From Dehalococcoidia bacterium (GTDB lineage: Bacteria > Chloroflexota > Dehalococcoidia > UBA2979), in contig OZ219871.1 of the NCBI GenBank assembly GCA_964291495.2, forward strand, positions 928,001-992,000: DNA of 64,000 nucleotides. Direction: 5' to 3'. The position numbers and the translations under genes are program-made. The notes below the pieces were generated by a model that made no database searches, was not told the origin of the DNA, and saw only the letters and a list, made by a program, of their open reading frames with translations. This document shows, one piece after another, positions 59,997-64,000 of this stretch (positions are counted from its first letter, which is position 1; every line of letters starts with the position of its first letter).

Positions 59997-60464
59997 TCAG
60001 CCGATGTCGAGTTCCGGGAAGTAGCGCGAGTAGTACCCGCGATCGCGCGTGATCAGCCGATCGGCTTGCATCGCGGCGTGCGCCCCGATCATGAAGTCGG
60101 CCACGATGTGTTGCCGTACCGGGATGTCCGCTCCGCACGCCTCGCACCGCCCTTGCTGGGCCGCGCCGCAGCGCGGGCAGGTGAGCGACCGCTGGCGGCG
60201 CCTCGCATAGGTCCGCCATGCGCTGCCGGCACGCTGCAACGTCGCCGGGCTCGACGGCATGAGGCGAATGCCAGTGTCTTCAACAAAGCGCTCCATCTCG
60301 GCGGACTGCTCGAACCGTCCGGCCAGCTCGGCGTAGACCGCCCCCGAGATGACGATAGCGCCCTCGCGAGCGGCCTCGGCCAGCCGGAACGCGGAGGCGT
60401 TCGCGTCTGGTGCGTCGGGAATGAGGAGATCGAGCAGGACGTTCGTGTCGAGCGCCGAGATCAC
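59997..60464 (-). CDS. PIN-domain toxin with inserted CxxC...CxxC ribbon
   Basis: ALDTNVL, VYAEL, CPRC..CEAC, ADFMIGAHA, LITRD. Confidence 0.9.
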   Translation of the reverse strand: MISALDTNVLLDLLIPDAPDANASAFRLAEAAREGAIVISGAVYAELAGRFEQSAEMERFVEDTGIRLMPSSPATLQRAGSAWRTYARRRQRSLTCPRCGAAQQGRCEACGADIPVRQHIVADFMIGAHAAMQADRLITRDRGYYSRYFPELDIG

Positions 60465-60688
60465 GGCCCGCGCATTTCCTCAACCAACTCATCGGGGTGG
60501 CGGTCGCTGAGATGCCGGAGGTAGCCGCGGTACTTCTCGAACGGAGACTCGGCGACTTCCTTCCGGATGCGCCACACGCCTGCTTCTTCGACGAAGCTCA
60601 CCTGGTCGCCCGGGCGCAGCCCGAGCCGGTCGCGCACCGGCTTCGGGATCGTGATCTGACCCTTGCTTGTGACTTTGGCCGTTGTCAT
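60461..60688 (-). CDS. AbrB/MazE-type antitoxin
   Basis: KVTSKGQITIPKPVRDRLGL.PGD. Confidence 0.93.
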   Translation of the reverse strand: MTTAKVTSKGQITIPKPVRDRLGLRPGDQVSFVEEAGVWRIRKEVAESPFEKYRGYLRHLSDRHPDELVEEMRGP

Positions 60689-60711
60689 GGCTACCTCGTA
60701 AGAACATGATT

Positions 60712-60730
60712 CCTTACATCAAGTGTAAGG
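60712..60730. promoter_or_regulatory. Operator palindrome for the AbrB-PIN TA pair
   Basis: CCTTACA-TCAAG-TGTAAGG perfect 7-bp inverted repeat ~24 nt upstream of the start. Confidence 0.65.
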
Positions 60731-60772
60731 CGCGGCGGCCGAGGCCGCAACGATCCGCGCAAGAGACTGCCG

Positions 60773-61735
60773 TTACGCCAGCCGCCGCAGCTTCTTGATG
60801 CTCCGCAGCTCGCGAGGCGGATCGAGGTGGCGGCCGCGGATCGTGTGGGAGACCTCGGCGACGTAGATGTCACCGCGCGAGTCGACCGCCATCCCGTGCG
60901 GCGCGATGAAGCGGCCCGCCTCGTCGCCCTCCTCGGGCTGCCCGAGGCGCGCAAGCAACTCGCCCTCGCGACTGTAGATGCTGACGCGGTGCCCCACGCC
61001 CGGTGCGCCGCTCATCAGCGCGACGCCGTTGAGCTCGCCGATGTAGACAAGGCCGTCCCCGCCCATCGTGATGCCGCAGGGGCGATGGACGTTGTTCCAG
61101 ATCGCCAGCAGCTCACCCTCGCGGTCGAAGACCTGCACGCGGTGACTCTCCCGGTCCGCGACGTAGATGCGGTCCCCCTCGTCGATCGCGAGGTTGTGCG
61201 GGACCATGAACTGCCCGGGGTCGATGCCCGGTGAGCCCCACGACAGCTCGCGCTCGCCCGCGGCGGAGTAGCGGTGGACGCGCGCGTTGCCGTACCCGTC
61301 GCTGATGAAGATCGAGCCGTCGTGCGAGGAGACGACGGCGTCGGTCGGGCGGTTGAAGGGCTCGCCGCTGAACCGCTCCGAGGAGACGCCGGGCTCACCG
61401 ATGGTGAGCAACAGCTCGCCCTCGCGCGTCCACTTCGTGATCGTGTGCGAGCCGTCGTCGGCGCAGTAGAGGAAGCCGTCTGGCCCGACGCCGACAGCGT
61501 GCGTGCGGTTCGTGAACACGCCGTGTCCGAAGACGCGCAGGACGTTCCCGTCCGGATCGAACACGATCAGCGGGTTCGCGGTGTTCCTCGTGAGCACGTA
61601 GACGAGGTCATCGGCGTCGACGGCGACGCCCGGGGACTCGTGGAGGGTCATGCCGTCGGGCAGTTGCTCCCACGTCGCCAGCGCCTCGTAGCGAAACGTG
61701 CCGCTCCCGAGTTCCACCGAGTCTGCTGCGACCAT
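60773..61735 (-). CDS. NHL-repeat protein, peptidyl-alpha-hydroxyglycine lyase (PAL)-like
   Basis: FNRPTD, SDGYGNARVH, PHNLAID, VADRE.HRVQVFD, PHGMAVDSRGDIYVAEV. Confidence 0.88.
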   Translation of the reverse strand: MVAADSVELGSGTFRYEALATWEQLPDGMTLHESPGVAVDADDLVYVLTRNTANPLIVFDPDGNVLRVFGHGVFTNRTHAVGVGPDGFLYCADDGSHTITKWTREGELLLTIGEPGVSSERFSGEPFNRPTDAVVSSHDGSIFISDGYGNARVHRYSAAGERELSWGSPGIDPGQFMVPHNLAIDEGDRIYVADRESHRVQVFDREGELLAIWNNVHRPCGITMGGDGLVYIGELNGVALMSGAPGVGHRVSIYSREGELLARLGQPEEGDEAGRFIAPHGMAVDSRGDIYVAEVSHTIRGRHLDPPRELRSIKKLRRLA

Positions 61736-61937
61736 GCCCCACCTCCTCGCCTCGGTCGCGAGTATTGCACGGCCGGCGCCGCCCAGCGCCGACCGGATCG
61801 ATGCAGGCGGCGGGCAGTGCCCGTAGCGTGCCAAATCCGTATCATTCGTGAGGTCCACACGTTCCCGCTTTGAATGGCGCTACTCCCACCGGTGCAGACG
61901 CGCGGCGCGGACCCCACGCGCGCGGACGAGGACGGCA

Positions 61938-64000
61938 ATGCTCGTACGAATCGCCCGCTGGTGCTTCAACAACCCCCGCAAGACCGTCGCCGCCTGGGTC
62001 GCAGTCGTCCTCGCGACATTCGCGGCGGCCGGCGTCATCGGCCCCTCGTTCTTCGCGCAGCTCGAGGCCCCCGAGTCGGACAGCCGCAACGGCTTCGAGG
62101 TGCTCGAGGAGCACTTCGGCGGGATCGGCAGCGGCCTCAGCGGCTCGATCGTCTTCCGCGCCGAGTCCGGCATCGATGACCCGGCGGTGCGCGCGGCGAT
62201 GGAGGCGATGTTCGAACAGGTCGATGCGTTCGAGGGCGTCACCGTCACCAGCCCGTACCTGGCGGCGACCCCACCCCCGGACGCACCGCAGCAGCAGACC
62301 CGGAGCCTGCCTCACGCGCCCGGCCGGCCCCAGGTCAGCACGGACGGGCTGGTCGCGTTCGCCAGCATCGACCTCGCGCCGGATCTGGACTTCAACGAGA
62401 CCTCCGAGCTGGGCGGGGAGTTCGCCGACCTCGTGCCCGAGCTGCCGGGGCTGACGGTCGAGATCGGCGGCGAGGCGCTCAGCGAGTTCGAGCCGCCGCA
62501 GTCGGAGTTCATCGGGCTGGCGTTCGCCGTCGTGGTGCTAATCCTCGCCTTCGGCTCCGTGATGGCGATGGGCCTGCCGATCGCCATCGCGGCGGCCGGC
62601 GTCGGGTTCGGCCTCGCCGTGGCGATCATGCTGTCCAACGTCCTCTCGATCCCCGAGTTCGCGACGACGATCGGCGCGATGATCGGCATCGGCGTCGGCA
62701 TCGACTACGCGCTGTTCATCGTGACCCGCTACCGAGACGGCCTCGCGGAGGACGGCGCCGTCGAGCCCTCGATCTTCCTCGCCATGGACACGGCGGGGCG
62801 GGCGGTGATCTTCGCCGGGCTGACGGTGGTGATCTCGCTGCTCGGCATGCTCTTCATCGGTCTGCCGTTCATCAGCGGGCTTGCGGTTGCCGCGGCGATT
62901 CCGGTCGCAGCCACGATGATCGCCTCCGTGACGCTGCTCCCGGCGCTGCTCGCGTTCGTGCGCGACCGCATCGAGGTCACGCGCTGGCGCGGGCTGATCG
63001 CCGCCGGGCTGGTGGCGGTGGCGCTGCTCGGCATCGGCCTCGGCTTCCGGCCGCTGCTGCTCGGCGCCCCGCTCGCCCTCGTCGTGCTCCTCGCCGGGTT
63101 CGTGGCGCCGCCGCTGCGCGCGATCGTGCCGAGGCGCCCCCGCGCGCCGATGGAGCAGACATTCGCGTGGCGCTGGAGCCGCCTGGTGCAGCGCCACCCC
63201 TGGATCGCGCTCGCCGCCGGCACCGCGATGCTGCTCGCGATGGCGTCGCCCGCGCTCTCGCTGCAGCTCGGCTTTGCCGACGAGGGCAACTACCCGCAGG
63301 AGACCACGACGCGTCGCGCCTACGACCTCCTCGCCGAGGGCTTCGGGCCGGGGTTCAACGGGCCGCTCCTCGTCACGGTCGAGCCGCAGAGCGAGGGCGA
63401 TCGCGCGGTCATCGAGCCCCTGGTCGCGACCTTCTCGGCCACCGACGGCGTCGCCTCGGTGAACGGCCCGCTGCCCAGCGACTTCGCGAATCCCGCGAAC
63501 GCAGCCGCGTACATCGTGCAGGTCTACCCGGCGACCGCCCCGCAGGACCCGGCCACCGCCGATCTCGTCGACCGCCTGCGCTCCGAGGTGATTGCCGCGG
63601 CAGTCGAGGGGAGCACGCTGGCGGTCAACGTCACCGGGTTCGTCCCGCTGGGCGTGGACTTCACCGACTACCTCGCCACGCGCACACCGGTCTTCTTCGC
63701 GGCGGTCCTCGTGCTCTCGTTCCTGCTGCTGCTGATCGTCTTCCGCTCGATCCTGGTGCCGATCAAGGCGGTGATCATGAACCTGCTCTCGATCGCCGCC
63801 GCGTATGGAGTGGTCGCCGCCGTCTTCCAGCACGGCTGGCTGGGCTCCCTGATCGGCGTCGACGCAGGCCCGATCGAGCCCTTCATCCCGATGATGCTGT
63901 TCGCCATCGTCTTCGGGCTCTCGATGGACTACGAGGTGTTCCTGCTCTCGCGGGTGCGCGAGGAGTACGACCGCACCGGGGACGCGGTCGGCTCGGTTGC
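61938..64000 (+). CDS. MMPL/RND family transporter, 3' end outside window (absent from the ORF track)
   Basis: MLVRIARWC.., GIGVGIDYALFIVTRYR, TAGRAVIFAG, VFRSILVPIKA, FGLSMDYEVFLLSRVREEY. Confidence 0.92.
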   Translation, partial: MLVRIARWCFNNPRKTVAAWVAVVLATFAAAGVIGPSFFAQLEAPESDSRNGFEVLEEHFGGIGSGLSGSIVFRAESGIDDPAVRAAMEAMFEQVDAFEGVTVTSPYLAATPPPDAPQQQTRSLPHAPGRPQVSTDGLVAFASIDLAPDLDFNETSELGGEFADLVPELPGLTVEIGGEALSEFEPPQSEFIGLAFAVVVLILAFGSVMAMGLPIAIAAAGVGFGLAVAIMLSNVLSIPEFATTIGAMIGIGVGIDYALFIVTRYRDGLAEDGAVEPSIFLAMDTAGRAVIFAGLTVVISLLGMLFIGLPFISGLAVAAAIPVAATMIASVTLLPALLAFVRDRIEVTRWRGLIAAGLVAVALLGIGLGFRPLLLGAPLALVVLLAGFVAPPLRAIVPRRPRAPMEQTFAWRWSRLVQRHPWIALAAGTAMLLAMASPALSLQLGFADEGNYPQETTTRRAYDLLAEGFGPGFNGPLLVTVEPQSEGDRAVIEPLVATFSATDGVASVNGPLPSDFANPANAAAYIVQVYPATAPQDPATADLVDRLRSEVIAAAVEGSTLAVNVTGFVPLGVDFTDYLATRTPVFFAAVLVLSFLLLLIVFRSILVPIKAVIMNLLSIAAAYGVVAAVFQHGWLGSLIGVDAGPIEPFIPMMLFAIVFGLSMDYEVFLLSRVREEYDRTGDAVGSV

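Overview
Very GC-rich bacterial chromosomal segment. Gene content (class F sortase, alpha-only CoA ligase, paired acyl-CoA dehydrogenases, PAL-like NHL protein, MMPL, DipZ-like redoxins) suggests Chloroflexota/Dehalococcoidia; this is inference, not a database result. Most of the window is housekeeping or metabolic: mnmA, putP, two tRNA-Ser, an sthA-like enzyme, two Zn-ADHs, sulfatase plus FGE, htpX, an ECF sigma/anti-sigma pair, a heterodimeric ABC exporter, duplicated ispH, and lipB-lipA-aceE-aceF-lpdA. Four things stand out. (1) A compact phage DNA-packaging operon at about 20.3-24.7 kb (TerS-like, small membrane proteins, TerL, a Cys4-HTH protein, SPP1-type portal) with no integrase, capsid, tail or replication genes nearby. 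It is interrupted by a host repeat and preceded by a LexA-box-like motif, so it is a candidate domesticated, GTA-like module. (2) Seven intergenic mosaics of GC-rich palindromic REP-like motifs, the densest bracketing a DUF559 endonuclease gene. (3) Three orphan antitoxins followed by short toxin remnants, plus two intact TA pairs. (4) An unnamed ~65-aa Trp-containing module shared by several secreted proteins. One ABC gene has a single-base frameshift.
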